This document shows positions 48,771 to 58,237 of a DNA stretch of 64,000 nt, one piece after another. The stretch is taken from assembly GCA_039588275.1 (NCBI GenBank), contig JBDHAC010000008.1:1-64000 (forward strand), written 5' to 3'. The stretch is from Gemmatimonadota bacterium (lineage in GTDB: Bacteria > Gemmatimonadota > Gemmatimonadetes > Palauibacterales > Palauibacteraceae). Made by a program: the position numbers and the translations under genes. Every line of letters starts with the position of its first letter. Positions within the stretch are counted from its first letter, which is position 1. The notes beneath the pieces are model-generated. The model ran no database searches, had not been told where the DNA came from, and saw only the letters and a list, made by a program, of their open reading frames with translations.

Positions 48771-49558
48771 TGACGTCGGGATCCGGGGCGACCGCCCCCG
48801 AACCGGTCCCGGGAAGCGACGGCGAGTGCAAGCATGAGGCTCCACGCGACGAGATCCCGAGCGATCTGGCACACGCTGAGTGGGAAGAGCGCTTTCCCAG
48901 TGTCGTATGCGGGATCACGACGGCCTTCGATGCGGACTACGGTCTATCTCGGGGCGATGCCGGCAGCCGTCTGGAGGCGTATTCCTCCCTCGGGGCGCGA
49001 CTCGGATTCGCCGCCGTCGCTGTGGGGCGTCAGGTTCACGGCAACGATGTCCAGGTCTTGGATTCGGGACCGGTAGCCGGGCTTCTTCTCGCGGGCCAGG
49101 TCGATGGGCTCGCGACGGCGTGCTCGGGCCTCTTGCTCGCGGCGACCGCGGCGGACTGCGTGCCGGTCCACCTGTATGACCCCCTCTGCGGCGCGCTCGG
49201 GCTGCTTCACGCCGGCTGGCGTGGTACCGCCGAAGGGATTCTCCGGGGTGGAATCCGCGCCATGAGCTCGCTGGGTGCCGCTCGCGACTCTGTTCATGTG
49301 CACCTTGGGCCCGCGATCTGCGGCCCTTGCTACGAGGTGGACGAACCCGTTCTCCGTGCGCTCGGGCTGCGCGGAGATCGAGATCACGTGGACCTGCGGG
49401 CTGTCCTCTCCAACCAGGCGAGGAAGGAGGGGATCGTGGACCGCCACATCAGCGTCTCCCCATGGTGCACGCGTTGCAGCGAGGGCTTGTTACACTCACA
49501 CCGGGGACGGGGCGCCGCGGCCGGACGAATGGCCGCGTACCTGGGGCGTAGAGAATAG
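48770..49558 (+). CDS. pgeF: Peptidoglycan-editing factor PgeF/YfiH (laccase domain)
   Basis: QVHG, ADCVPV, HAGWRG, GPAICGPCYEV, SHR...GRM. Confidence 0.9.
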   Translation: MTSGSGATAPEPVPGSDGECKHEAPRDEIPSDLAHAEWEERFPSVVCGITTAFDADYGLSRGDAGSRLEAYSSLGARLGFAAVAVGRQVHGNDVQVLDSGPVAGLLLAGQVDGLATACSGLLLAATAADCVPVHLYDPLCGALGLLHAGWRGTAEGILRGGIRAMSSLGAARDSVHVHLGPAICGPCYEVDEPVLRALGLRGDRDHVDLRAVLSNQARKEGIVDRHISVSPWCTRCSEGLLHSHRGRGAAAGRMAAYLGRRE

Positions 49559-49602
49559 CGGCAAGCGGGGACACGACCGGGCTCGGTAACGGGGGCTCGC
49601 GG

Positions 49603-49631
49603 TTGCCCAAGACCCCTACACATCTTATCTT
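49603..49631 (+). promoter_or_regulatory. Putative promoter of the rimP operon
   Basis: TTGCCC-N17-TATCTT. Confidence 0.45.
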
Positions 49632-49690
49632 GAAAGCCGCTGGTTAACAGGGATTCGGCGCGGGTCGGCCGGGTCACATGATGTCTAACG

Positions 49691-49722
49691 AAGTGGGGAA
49701 GCTGTAACGGCCCCACTTTTTT
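49691..49722 (+). promoter_or_regulatory. rimP leader / attenuator-like hairpin
   Basis: AAGTGGGG...CCCCACTT followed by TTTT just upstream of rimP; resembles the widespread rimP-nusA leader. Confidence 0.75.
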
Positions 49723-49736
49723 GTTGTCGGTCGGTC

Positions 49737-50264
49737 GTGGAGCAGGAGCGACAGGAAGGAGCAGCGAGCCGGGATCCGATCGAGCCGCGCGCCGCTCTTA
49801 TCGAGCGCGTCGTAGCCGATCTCGGCTTCGAGCTGGTCACACTGGAGCGAGGAGGCGGGCGGCGACGTCCACTTCTGCGACTCCGTGTGGACCGGCCGGA
49901 GAGCGAGCCCGGGCGCTCCTCCATAACGGTGGATGATTGTGCGGCCGTGAGCCGCGCGGTGCGTGCCGCCCTCGAGACCGAGGACGGCGATGAGGTGGAG
50001 TACATTCTCGAAGTCTCGTCGCCAGGGGTCGAACGTCCGTTGACGCGGCCACGGGATTTCGAGCGCTTCGCGGGACAGGTGGTTCGAATCCGGGGCTACG
50101 CGCCGTTCGCCGAGCGCGGGCGGCGGCTGGAAGGCGTGCTACTCGGGATATCGAGCCGGGACAGTGACGCGGTCGCCCTGGAGGTCGGGGGCGAGAAGAT
50201 CCAGGTCCCGATGCAGGAAATCGCGACGGCAAAGCTCGTGTACCGATGGGAGGACGATCTCTGA
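49737..50264 (+). CDS. rimP: Ribosome maturation factor RimP
   Basis: ITVDDCAAVSR, YILEVSSPGVERPL. Confidence 0.95.
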   Translation: MEQERQEGAASRDPIEPRAALIERVVADLGFELVTLERGGGRRRPLLRLRVDRPESEPGRSSITVDDCAAVSRAVRAALETEDGDEVEYILEVSSPGVERPLTRPRDFERFAGQVVRIRGYAPFAERGRRLEGVLLGISSRDSDAVALEVGGEKIQVPMQEIATAKLVYRWEDDL

Positions 50265-50295
50265 GGTCGCGGACCAACGAGTCAGACGAGAGAGT

Positions 50296-51837
50296 ATGAG
50301 CGATCAGATTCCGGTCGTTGAAGCATTCCGGATGATGGCAGCGAATAAATCGCTGTCAGAGTTCGAGTTGCACGACCTCATTCGCGAGGGGATTCATGCT
50401 GCACTCGCGCGGCGCTTTGGCGGGCCCGTCGAGGCCGAGATCGAATTCGACGGAGAGGGTGACATCAAGATCACCGTGCTCAAGGAAGTCGTCGAAGACG
50501 TCGAGGACCCGGCGCGTCAGGTGAGCCTCGAGCAGGCTCGCTGGGACGATCCCGATTTCGAGGTGGGTGACCTGCTGGAGATTCCGGTCTCGTTCCGCGA
50601 GTTCGGTCGGAGTGCCGTCATGGCGGCGAAACAGCGGATCATCCAACGCGTGCGAGAGGGTGAGCGCGAGCGGATTCGAGAGGAATTCAGCGACCGGATG
50701 GGCGAGCTGGTCTCCGGGGAGATACAGGCAATCGAACGGGGCAAGCTCGTCGTGATGCTCAACCGTTCGCGTGAGGCGGAGGCGATCATCCCGTGGCGGG
50801 AACAGAATCCCCGAGAGCGATTCCGGCAGGGTGATCCGATTCGTGCCGTCCTCAAGCTGCTGGAGGAGACCCCGCGCGGACCGCGCTTGATCCTGTCCCG
50901 TGCGGACCCGCAGTTCGTGGCCGCTTTGTTCGCCCTCGAGGTGCCTGAGATTTATCAGTCGATCGTCGAGATCCGTGAGATCGTACGGGAAGCTGGCGGG
51001 CGGACGAAGATCGCCGTTTCCTCACGCGACGAATCGGTCGATCCGGTCGGCGCGTGCGTCGGGTTGAAAGGCTCGCGCGTCCAGGCCGTCGTGTCCGAGC
51101 TGTCGGGCGAGCGGATCGACATCGTGCCATGGCACCCCGATCCCGAGATCTTCGCGCGCCGCGCGCTCGCACCCGCGCGGGTCGCGAAGGTGATCTCGGA
51201 CGCCGCGAGACATGTCATCACCGCGATCGTGGACGAGGATCAGCTCTCGCTCGCGATCGGCCGAAACGGCCAGAACGTACGCCTGGCCTCTCAGCTGATC
51301 GGCTGGCAGATCGACCTCTACTCGAGCCGCGACTGGATGGAGCGCGGGGCCGAGTCCTCGCTGTTCGGCGGGGGCGAGGAGTACGAGATGGCCGATTTTC
51401 CGCTCTCGGAGCTTGAGGAGATCACGCCCGCCACCCTGGCCGCACTCGAGGCGGCCGGCGTGAGCACCTTCTTCAATCTCCTGGACATGGACCGCAGCGA
51501 CTTTCTCCAAGTGCCGGGGATCGGACCGGAGGAAGCCGATCGGCTGGAAGCGCTGATCGATGAGCTGACCGTGGTGGAGGAAGCGACAGTCGAAGCGCCG
51601 GCGGCTGACATGGAGGAAGGGGACACTTCCGTGGAGGCCACAGCGGACGCCACAGAGACCGCGGAGGCGTCCGAGGAGGGCGAAGCGCCGGAGGCTGAAG
51701 AGCCGGTTGGTGCCGATGAGGGCCCGGTTGGCGAGGACGAGAGCGAGGCGGCGGCCGGTATCGCTTCCGAGGACGCCGCGGACGCGATCGGGGAAGCCGA
51801 GCCGGAAGCGGAGGCGGCGGAAGCGGAGGCAACGTGA
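50296..51837 (+). CDS. nusA: Transcription factor NusA
   Basis: FGRSAVMAAKQ, LEVPEI, DPVGACVGLKGSR, SLAIGRNGQNVRLA; long acidic tail. Confidence 0.97.
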   Translation: MSDQIPVVEAFRMMAANKSLSEFELHDLIREGIHAALARRFGGPVEAEIEFDGEGDIKITVLKEVVEDVEDPARQVSLEQARWDDPDFEVGDLLEIPVSFREFGRSAVMAAKQRIIQRVREGERERIREEFSDRMGELVSGEIQAIERGKLVVMLNRSREAEAIIPWREQNPRERFRQGDPIRAVLKLLEETPRGPRLILSRADPQFVAALFALEVPEIYQSIVEIREIVREAGGRTKIAVSSRDESVDPVGACVGLKGSRVQAVVSELSGERIDIVPWHPDPEIFARRALAPARVAKVISDAARHVITAIVDEDQLSLAIGRNGQNVRLASQLIGWQIDLYSSRDWMERGAESSLFGGGEEYEMADFPLSELEEITPATLAALEAAGVSTFFNLLDMDRSDFLQVPGIGPEEADRLEALIDELTVVEEATVEAPAADMEEGDTSVEATADATETAEASEEGEAPEAEEPVGADEGPVGEDESEAAAGIASEDAADAIGEAEPEAEAAEAEAT

Positions 51838-52184
51838 GCCAACTGAAGAGTGTGAGCCGACGAGAGAGGTCGCCGATCCGAGAGCCCGAGCGCAGCGCGC
51901 TCCAGACCTTGGGGCTCGCCCGCCGGGCGGGACGGGCGGCCGTGGGAACCCGGGCGGTGTTGACGGCTGCCCGCTCACGTCGGCTCGAGGCCCTCATCGT
52001 TGCCCATGACGCCTCGCCGAACGCGATGGAGCGGGTACGGGGCGCCGCACGCGGAGTCCCGATCGTGAAGTGCGGAACGCGCGAGACGCTCGGATTGGCC
52101 ATCGGTCGAGGACCTGTGGCCCTGGTGGGCGTCACGGATCGCGAATTCGCACGCCGGATCGCGGCGGGCGTGCTGGCAGCGTAA
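51834..52184 (+). CDS. L7Ae/L30e family RNA-binding protein (YlxQ-like)
   Basis: LGLARRAG, AHDAS, LGLAIGR; position between nusA and infB. Confidence 0.88.
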   Translation: MSQLKSVSRRERSPIREPERSALQTLGLARRAGRAAVGTRAVLTAARSRRLEALIVAHDASPNAMERVRGAARGVPIVKCGTRETLGLAIGRGPVALVGVTDREFARRIAAGVLAA

Positions 52185-52227
52185 GAGAGAGCCAAGAGGC
52201 CGAGGTAGACTCGGGCAGGAGGAGTCG

Positions 52228-54894
52228 TTGACAAAACCGCGCGTGTATGAGGTCGCAGAAGAGCTTGGCGTCGAGACGAGCCAGCTTATCCAGATGCTCC
52301 GTGAGATGGACGTGCCGGTGCGCAGTCACATGTCCACCGTGAGCGCTGGCCAGGTGGCCAGACTCCACGCACGGCTCGAGCGCGAGCGCCGCACCGACCT
52401 GGCGACGTCATCCGCGCCCTCGGGAGCCTCACGAAGACGTCGACGCCGCCGGCGAGTGCCCGAGCAGATCGAGACGGCAACGGCCGCGGTCGAGGAGGCG
52501 ACTCTCGAGGAGGTCGAGCTGGCCGAGCTGGTCGATATCGAAGCGGAGGTGCAGCCGGTTCCAGGCCCCGAGTTGCCCGAGCCCGAGCCCGAGGAGGTGG
52601 CCGCCGAACCGGTGAGCGAGCCCGTCGAGATGGTGGCTCCACCGGCGGTCGAAGAAGTACAGCCAGAACCGGAAATCGAGGTGGAGGAGCCCGTCGTCGA
52701 GCTCCCGGACGAACCCGAAGTCGAGGAGGCACCTCCCGAGCCCGCTCCCGCGGAACCGGTGGCCGAGGAGGTCGTTCCCGCGCCGGAGACCAGGAGGAAG
52801 CGACGGCCAAAGCCGGTACGTCGTGACATGCCGGCCGGCCCATCGGAGCCCGCCGTCCAGACCGGCCCGACCGCTTCGGCGGCTCCGGGCGGCACGGTCC
52901 GCATCAGTGCCGAAGGGTACACGATCGACGGCCGTCGCAAGGGTCCGCGAGAGCGCAAGAAACGCCGGCGCGTCGACCAGGATGCCGTGCACGAGAACGT
53001 CAAGAAGACGCTCGCTGCACTCGGTGGCCCGGCGCCACGCAAGCGTCGGCGCGACGCCGGCCCCACCCAGCAGGAAGCGGAGCGCGAGCGGCGAGAGCTC
53101 GAGAAGGAAGCCGAGAAGACGACGGTTCGGGTCAACGAATTCCTGACGGTGTCGGAGATCGCGGATCTCATGGGCGTGCAGCCGCAGGAGATCATTACCT
53201 CCGCGTTCAAGAACCTCGGGTTGATGGTCACCATCAACCAGCGGCTCGATTTCGACCAGATCGAGCTGGTGTGCGAGGAGGCGGGCTTCACCGCGATCCG
53301 AGAGGAAGCGTACGAAGCAGACCTCTCGGAGCTCGGCGAAGAGACGGAGGACGAAAGCGAGCTCACGCCGCGCGCACCCGTGGTCACGGTCATGGGACAC
53401 GTAGACCATGGAAAGACCTCGCTGTTGGACCATCTGCGAAAGACGAACGTGTTCGCCGGAGAGGCAGGCGGCATCACGCAGCACATCGGGGCCTATCACG
53501 TCGACCTCGACGGCGGCCGGACAATCACGTTCCTCGACACGCCGGGTCACGAGGCCTTCACCGCGATGAGGGCGCGTGGGGCCGAGATCACCGACCTCGT
53601 CATTCTCGTCGTAGCCGCGGATGACTCGGTGATGCCGCAGACCATCGAAGCGATCAGCCACGCGCGCAACGCGGGTGTTCCGATCGTGGTCGCGGTCAAC
53701 AAGATAGACCTGCCCACGGCCAACATCGACAAGGTGAAGCAGGAGCTGCTGAGCCATGACGTCATCCTGGAGGAGTTCGGAGGCGATGTTCTTTCCGCCG
53801 ATGTCTCCGCCAAGGTGGGCACGGGCATCGACGACCTGCTCGAGAAGGTCCTGTTGCAGGCCGAGTTGCTCGAGCTCCGTGCGGACCCGACGGTGGCGGC
53901 GCGTGGAACGGTGGTGGAGGCCGAGCTCGACCGGGGGATGGGGCCCCTTGCGACGGTCCTGATTCAGAACGGTACGATCGCGGTTCAAGATGACTTCGTG
54001 TGCGGGTTGCACGGCGGGCGGGTACGCGCGCTGCTCAACGAGCGTGGCGCGAACGTCGACAGCGCCGGACCCGGAATCCCCGTTCGGGTCCTCGGCTTGG
54101 AAGGCGTGCCGCAGGCGGGGGACTCGCTGATCGTTCTCGATACCGATCGGGTGCGCGAGATCGCGACCCGACGTCAGCAACTCGAGCGCGAGAAGGAGAT
54201 GCGGCGACGGGCAACCGGAACGCGGCTCGAAGACATCTTCGAGCGCGTCCAGGCCGGTGAGCAGGCTCGTCTGAACATCGTGATCAAAGGCGACACAGAC
54301 GGATCGGTGCAGGCCCTCACTGACAGCCTGCAGCGAATCAGCACCGACGAGGTCGCCGTGGAGGTGATCCACCGGGGCGTGGGCGGTATCAACGAGTCGG
54401 ACGTCATCTTCGCATCGACCAGCCAGGCGCTGATCATCGGCTTCCACGTGCGCCCCGACGCGAAGGCCCAAACCATAGCCGATCGCGAGAGCGTCGAGAT
54501 TCGCTTCTACAACGTGATCTACGAAGCTGTCGAGGACATCCGTTTGGCGCTGGAAGGTCTGCTGACCCCCGAGCAGCGCGAGGTAACGATCGGCATCGCC
54601 GAGGTGCGCCAGCTCTTCCGCGTCCCCAAGGTCGGGACGATTGCGGGTTGTTACGTCAACACGGGGATGATCCGACGTAACCTCCCGATCAGGCTGTTAC
54701 GGAACCAGGTCCAGATCTACGAAGGCCGGATCGACAGCCTGAAGCGATTCAAGGATGACGTGAGGGAGGTCCGCGACGGATTCGAGTGCGGCATCTCGAT
54801 CGAGGGTTACAACGACGTCAAGGTCGACGACGTGATCGAGTGCTATGAGGTCCAGGAGGTCGCCCGGACGCTCGCGGAGCACCCGGGAGGCTAA
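52228..54894 (+). CDS. infB: Translation initiation factor IF-2
   Basis: GHVDHGKTSLLD, EAGGITQHIGAY, DTPGHEAF, NKID, SLKRFKDDVREV. Confidence 0.98.
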   Translation: MTKPRVYEVAEELGVETSQLIQMLREMDVPVRSHMSTVSAGQVARLHARLERERRTDLATSSAPSGASRRRRRRRRVPEQIETATAAVEEATLEEVELAELVDIEAEVQPVPGPELPEPEPEEVAAEPVSEPVEMVAPPAVEEVQPEPEIEVEEPVVELPDEPEVEEAPPEPAPAEPVAEEVVPAPETRRKRRPKPVRRDMPAGPSEPAVQTGPTASAAPGGTVRISAEGYTIDGRRKGPRERKKRRRVDQDAVHENVKKTLAALGGPAPRKRRRDAGPTQQEAERERRELEKEAEKTTVRVNEFLTVSEIADLMGVQPQEIITSAFKNLGLMVTINQRLDFDQIELVCEEAGFTAIREEAYEADLSELGEETEDESELTPRAPVVTVMGHVDHGKTSLLDHLRKTNVFAGEAGGITQHIGAYHVDLDGGRTITFLDTPGHEAFTAMRARGAEITDLVILVVAADDSVMPQTIEAISHARNAGVPIVVAVNKIDLPTANIDKVKQELLSHDVILEEFGGDVLSADVSAKVGTGIDDLLEKVLLQAELLELRADPTVAARGTVVEAELDRGMGPLATVLIQNGTIAVQDDFVCGLHGGRVRALLNERGANVDSAGPGIPVRVLGLEGVPQAGDSLIVLDTDRVREIATRRQQLEREKEMRRRATGTRLEDIFERVQAGEQARLNIVIKGDTDGSVQALTDSLQRISTDEVAVEVIHRGVGGINESDVIFASTSQALIIGFHVRPDAKAQTIADRESVEIRFYNVIYEAVEDIRLALEGLLTPEQREVTIGIAEVRQLFRVPKVGTIAGCYVNTGMIRRNLPIRLLRNQVQIYEGRIDSLKRFKDDVREVRDGFECGISIEGYNDVKVDDVIECYEVQEVARTLAEHPGG

Positions 54895-54925
54895 CCACAC
54901 TTCTGGAGCTGGAGCCGGGCTCGCG

Positions 54926-55210
54926 GTGGCGGTGGTTGGCGTCTGTCGGTGGGTCCTGCACCTCCCGGGCTGTCAGTCCCTCAAGATGAAGCGATCGATC
55001 GTCCGCAGCCTGCGAGACCGGTTGCAGTCCAAATACCGCGTCTCGGTGGCGGAGACTGACCTCCAGGACCGCTGGCAGATGGCCGAGCTCACGGCCGCCG
55101 TGGTAGCCTCGGACCGGCGGAGAGCCGAGGCCGTGCTCACCCGCCTGGATCGTTTCGTGCGCTCCGATCCCCGCGCCGAGCCCGTCGAAACCGAGACGGC
55201 GTACCTCTAA
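54926..55210 (+). CDS. DUF503 (YlxP) family protein
   Basis: LHLPGCQSLKMKR, VSVAETDLQD; located between infB and rbfA. Confidence 0.88.
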   Translation: MAVVGVCRWVLHLPGCQSLKMKRSIVRSLRDRLQSKYRVSVAETDLQDRWQMAELTAAVVASDRRRAEAVLTRLDRFVRSDPRAEPVETETAYL

Positions 55211-55234
55211 CAGGGTTTTAGCAGGCCGCTGACC

Positions 55235-55603
55235 GTGTCCCGGCATCATCGCTCCGACCGCCTCAACGAGATGTTTCGACGAGAGTTGTCACATCTGGTT
55301 CACAGACGGCTCAAGGACCCGCGCGTCCGGAACGTCACGGTGACCGAGGTCCGCACCTCACCCGATCTCTCTCACGCCACCGTGTTCCTGCGGAGCGATG
55401 CCCCCGTTGCCGTCGAAGAGGCGATCGAGGGGCTCGAGAGCGCGGCGGGCTACCTTCGGAGGGAACTGGGTCGGATCATGCACATCCGCAAGATACCCGA
55501 GTTCCGCTTCATCGCCGACCACGGTCTGGAGCGGGCGGGACGCATCGAGGAGCTCCTGAGGCGTTCGCGCGATGAGACGGGGGAGCCGCCCGGTGATGAG
55601 TGA
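55235..55603 (+). CDS. rbfA: Ribosome-binding factor A
   Basis: KDPRV, VTVTEVRTSPDL, AAGYLRRELG, PEFRF. Confidence 0.95.
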   Translation: MSRHHRSDRLNEMFRRELSHLVHRRLKDPRVRNVTVTEVRTSPDLSHATVFLRSDAPVAVEEAIEGLESAAGYLRRELGRIMHIRKIPEFRFIADHGLERAGRIEELLRRSRDETGEPPGDE

Positions 55604-56501
55604 GGGTGGGGCGCTCGTACTCGTGGACAAGCCTGCCGACCTCACCTCGCACGATGTGGTCCAGCATCTCAGACGCACGCTGGCGATCCGGCGCGTCGGA
55701 CACACGGGTACGTTGGACCCGTTCGCTACCGGACTCCTTCTCCTGTGCGTCGGCCCGGTCACCCGTCTAGCCGAGTACTTCCACATCCTCGACAAGACAT
55801 ACCATGCCACCGTCAGACTGGGGACCGAGACGAGCACCGACGATGGGACGGGTGCGGCCCGCGAGCATTCGGATCGGTGGAGAGACGTGACCCGAGAAGA
55901 AGTGGCCGCCGCATTGACCAGCCGGGTTGGCGAGGGGGTCCAGGTGCCCCCGGCGTTCTCGGCGAAGCACGTGAACGGGGCGCGTGCATACGAGCACGCT
56001 CGTGCCGGCAGTGTCCCGGACCTCGATCCCATGTCCATCCGGGTGCACTCGTTGACGCTCGAGCACTTCGACCCGCCGAGCGTCGGGTTCGAAACACGGG
56101 TGTCCACCGGAACCTACATCCGGAGTCTGGCTCGAGATCTCGGCCGTGATTTGGGATGCGGTGCGCATCTCACGCACCTGAGGCGCACGCGAATCGGCCC
56201 TTTCCGGGTCGAAGAAGCGGCCATGCTCGAATCCCTCGAGCAGGAGACCGCGCCGAGGACCGCCTTCAGGACACCCTACGAGGCGCTGCGGTGGCTCCCG
56301 GTGCGAGAGCTCGCTGCCGAGGAGGAGATCGCGGTCCGTCACGGCCGGCGGATACGGACGGGGAGCGTGGGGCCCTGCGAGCTGAAGGCGCTCGCCGGAA
56401 CGCTGCCGATCGCCCTCGTCCGCGACGGCAGATTGCTGGCCGTCGCCGAGCGACTGGAAGGAGATCTCCAGCCACGCAAGGTGCTCGTGACCGGTGGATG
56501 A
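55596..56501 (+). CDS. truB: tRNA pseudouridine(55) synthase
   Basis: DKPADLTSHDVV, GHTGTLDPFATGLL, GTYIRSLARD. Confidence 0.96.
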   Translation: MSEGGALVLVDKPADLTSHDVVQHLRRTLAIRRVGHTGTLDPFATGLLLLCVGPVTRLAEYFHILDKTYHATVRLGTETSTDDGTGAAREHSDRWRDVTREEVAAALTSRVGEGVQVPPAFSAKHVNGARAYEHARAGSVPDLDPMSIRVHSLTLEHFDPPSVGFETRVSTGTYIRSLARDLGRDLGCGAHLTHLRRTRIGPFRVEEAAMLESLEQETAPRTAFRTPYEALRWLPVRELAAEEEIAVRHGRRIRTGSVGPCELKALAGTLPIALVRDGRLLAVAERLEGDLQPRKVLVTGG

Positions 56502-57501
56502 GATATCCTCGCGGCCCGTACACGACCGCAAGGTCGCTGGCCGCCCGATCGACGCGTTCGGTGGGAGTGCGCTTCCGGCTACCGTCTCGGGCACCGTCGT
56601 CACGGTCGGCACCTTCGACGGCGTCCACCTCGGGCACCGTGCCATTCTTCAGGAGATTGAACGGCGCGCCGAGGCGCGAGGCCTGCACAGCCTGCTGCTC
56701 ACCTTCGACAGGCACCCGCTCACCGTCGTGCGGCCGGAGCATGCACCGCCGCTATTGACGACACCAAACGAGAAGAAGCAGATCCTCGCGCAGTTCGGGA
56801 TCGATTACGTGGCGTTCGTCGCGTTTACTCGTTCGCTGTCGCGCTACACGCCCGAGGAATTCGTACGAGCCGTGTTGGTCGAGCGCCTGCGTGCCTCGGA
56901 GCTGGTGATCGGTCACGACCATGGATTCGGTCGCGGCCGCTCCGGTGATGAGGCCACGCTTCGCGCGCTGGGCGGGCGTTACGGATTCGACGTGGATGTG
57001 GTCGACGGAGTCGTGGTGAACGGAGCACCCGTCTCGTCCACTCGAATCCGACGCCTCCTGTCGGAGGGCCACGTGGATGCGGCGGCCAGGGCGCTTGGCC
57101 GGCCGTACTCCGTGACGGGCTCCGTCGTGCACGGGATGGGGCGGGGAAGGACGCTCGGGTTCCCCACGGCCAACATCGCTCCCCCGACCGCCGACAAGCT
57201 GCTGCCCGCCGAGGGGATCTACGCTGTCCGAGCGAACCTGCGGACGGAGATACGCGATGGCCTGTTGCACCTCGGACCTCGCCCTACCTTCGCCGGCTCG
57301 CCACCCACGATCGAGCTCTTCCTGCTGGATTTCGATCGTGCCATCTACGGCGAGATCGTGACCGTCGAGTTCCTCCAACTCCTGCGGGCCATCCGCCCAT
57401 TCGACTCCGCCGCGGCGCTCATCGAGCAGATGCGCCGTGACGAGGAGGACGCCATCCGTTTCTTCCGGGATCTCGGCGACGCGAACGAGCCCGGGCGTTG
57501 A
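56494..57501 (+). CDS. ribF: Riboflavin kinase / FAD synthetase
   Basis: GTFDGVHLGH, VSSTRIR, GRTLGFPTAN, RPTF. Confidence 0.95.
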   Translation: MDEISSRPVHDRKVAGRPIDAFGGSALPATVSGTVVTVGTFDGVHLGHRAILQEIERRAEARGLHSLLLTFDRHPLTVVRPEHAPPLLTTPNEKKQILAQFGIDYVAFVAFTRSLSRYTPEEFVRAVLVERLRASELVIGHDHGFGRGRSGDEATLRALGGRYGFDVDVVDGVVVNGAPVSSTRIRRLLSEGHVDAAARALGRPYSVTGSVVHGMGRGRTLGFPTANIAPPTADKLLPAEGIYAVRANLRTEIRDGLLHLGPRPTFAGSPPTIELFLLDFDRAIYGEIVTVEFLQLLRAIRPFDSAAALIEQMRRDEEDAIRFFRDLGDANEPGR

Positions 57502-57560
57502 GGCCACGCGAGCCGCGGCGTCCCAGGCGGAGGGGCCCGGCGCGCGGCCTCCGTCGGAAC

Positions 57561-57589
57561 TTTACAGTATCGGACGATCCTCCTATACT
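57561..57589 (+). promoter_or_regulatory. sigma70 promoter of rpsO
   Basis: TTTACA-N17-TATACT in an AT-rich intergenic patch. Confidence 0.75.
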
Positions 57590-57670
57590 AATTGACTTGA
57601 ATCGGAACGGTTTAGACATGATGCGCCGCGTCGTGAACGAACTGGCGCGCGGCACCCCAGGGAATGGGAA

Positions 57671-57934
57671 GTGGAAAAGACCAAGAAGCGAGAGATCATT
57701 GACAAGTTCGGGCGTGGTGAGAACGACCACGGGTCGGCATCTGTACAGGTCGCCCTCCTGACCGCACGGATCGAGGAGTTGACCGACCACTTTCGCTCGC
57801 ACCCGAAGGACCACCACAGCCGTCGTGGGCTGCTCAAGATGGTTGGGCGCCGGCGACGCCTGCTGAACTACCTTCGCCGGACCGATCTGGACCGGTACCG
57901 GCGGGTGATCGAGGAACTCGGCCTTCGCCGGTGA
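57671..57934 (+). CDS. rpsO: 30S ribosomal protein S15
   Basis: [39 protein letters not shown]. Confidence 0.98.
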   Translation: MEKTKKREIIDKFGRGENDHGSASVQVALLTARIEELTDHFRSHPKDHHSRRGLLKMVGRRRRLLNYLRRTDLDRYRRVIEELGLRR

Positions 57935-58237
57935 TGCGGGCGAATGCCCGTGTCCTCACGCCTTGCAGCCACCCAGCCCTTCACCACGGTCCGTAACTCG
58001 GGCCGGTCAACTTTGCGGCGTAATCCATCTGCCCGATGCACCGCCGCCACCGCCAGCCATTCGGGTGGCGGTGCGCACCGCCTCCAAACCGGCGCGCCGT
58101 GCGTGGCGTCCCGCGGCGGAGCGGTTCGCGACGTCAACGTCGCGAGCGGGCGACCAGGCAGTTGAAAGCTCACGGCCGACCCGGCACGTAGCCGGACCCG
58201 AAAGAAGTCGGCCGAACAGGAAGGAATCGAAGACAAG

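Noticed and set aside
51570..52800. Glu/Ala/Pro-rich low-complexity repeats in the nusA tail and IF-2 N-terminus
   Set aside because: Common disordered regions of these proteins, not DNA repeat elements
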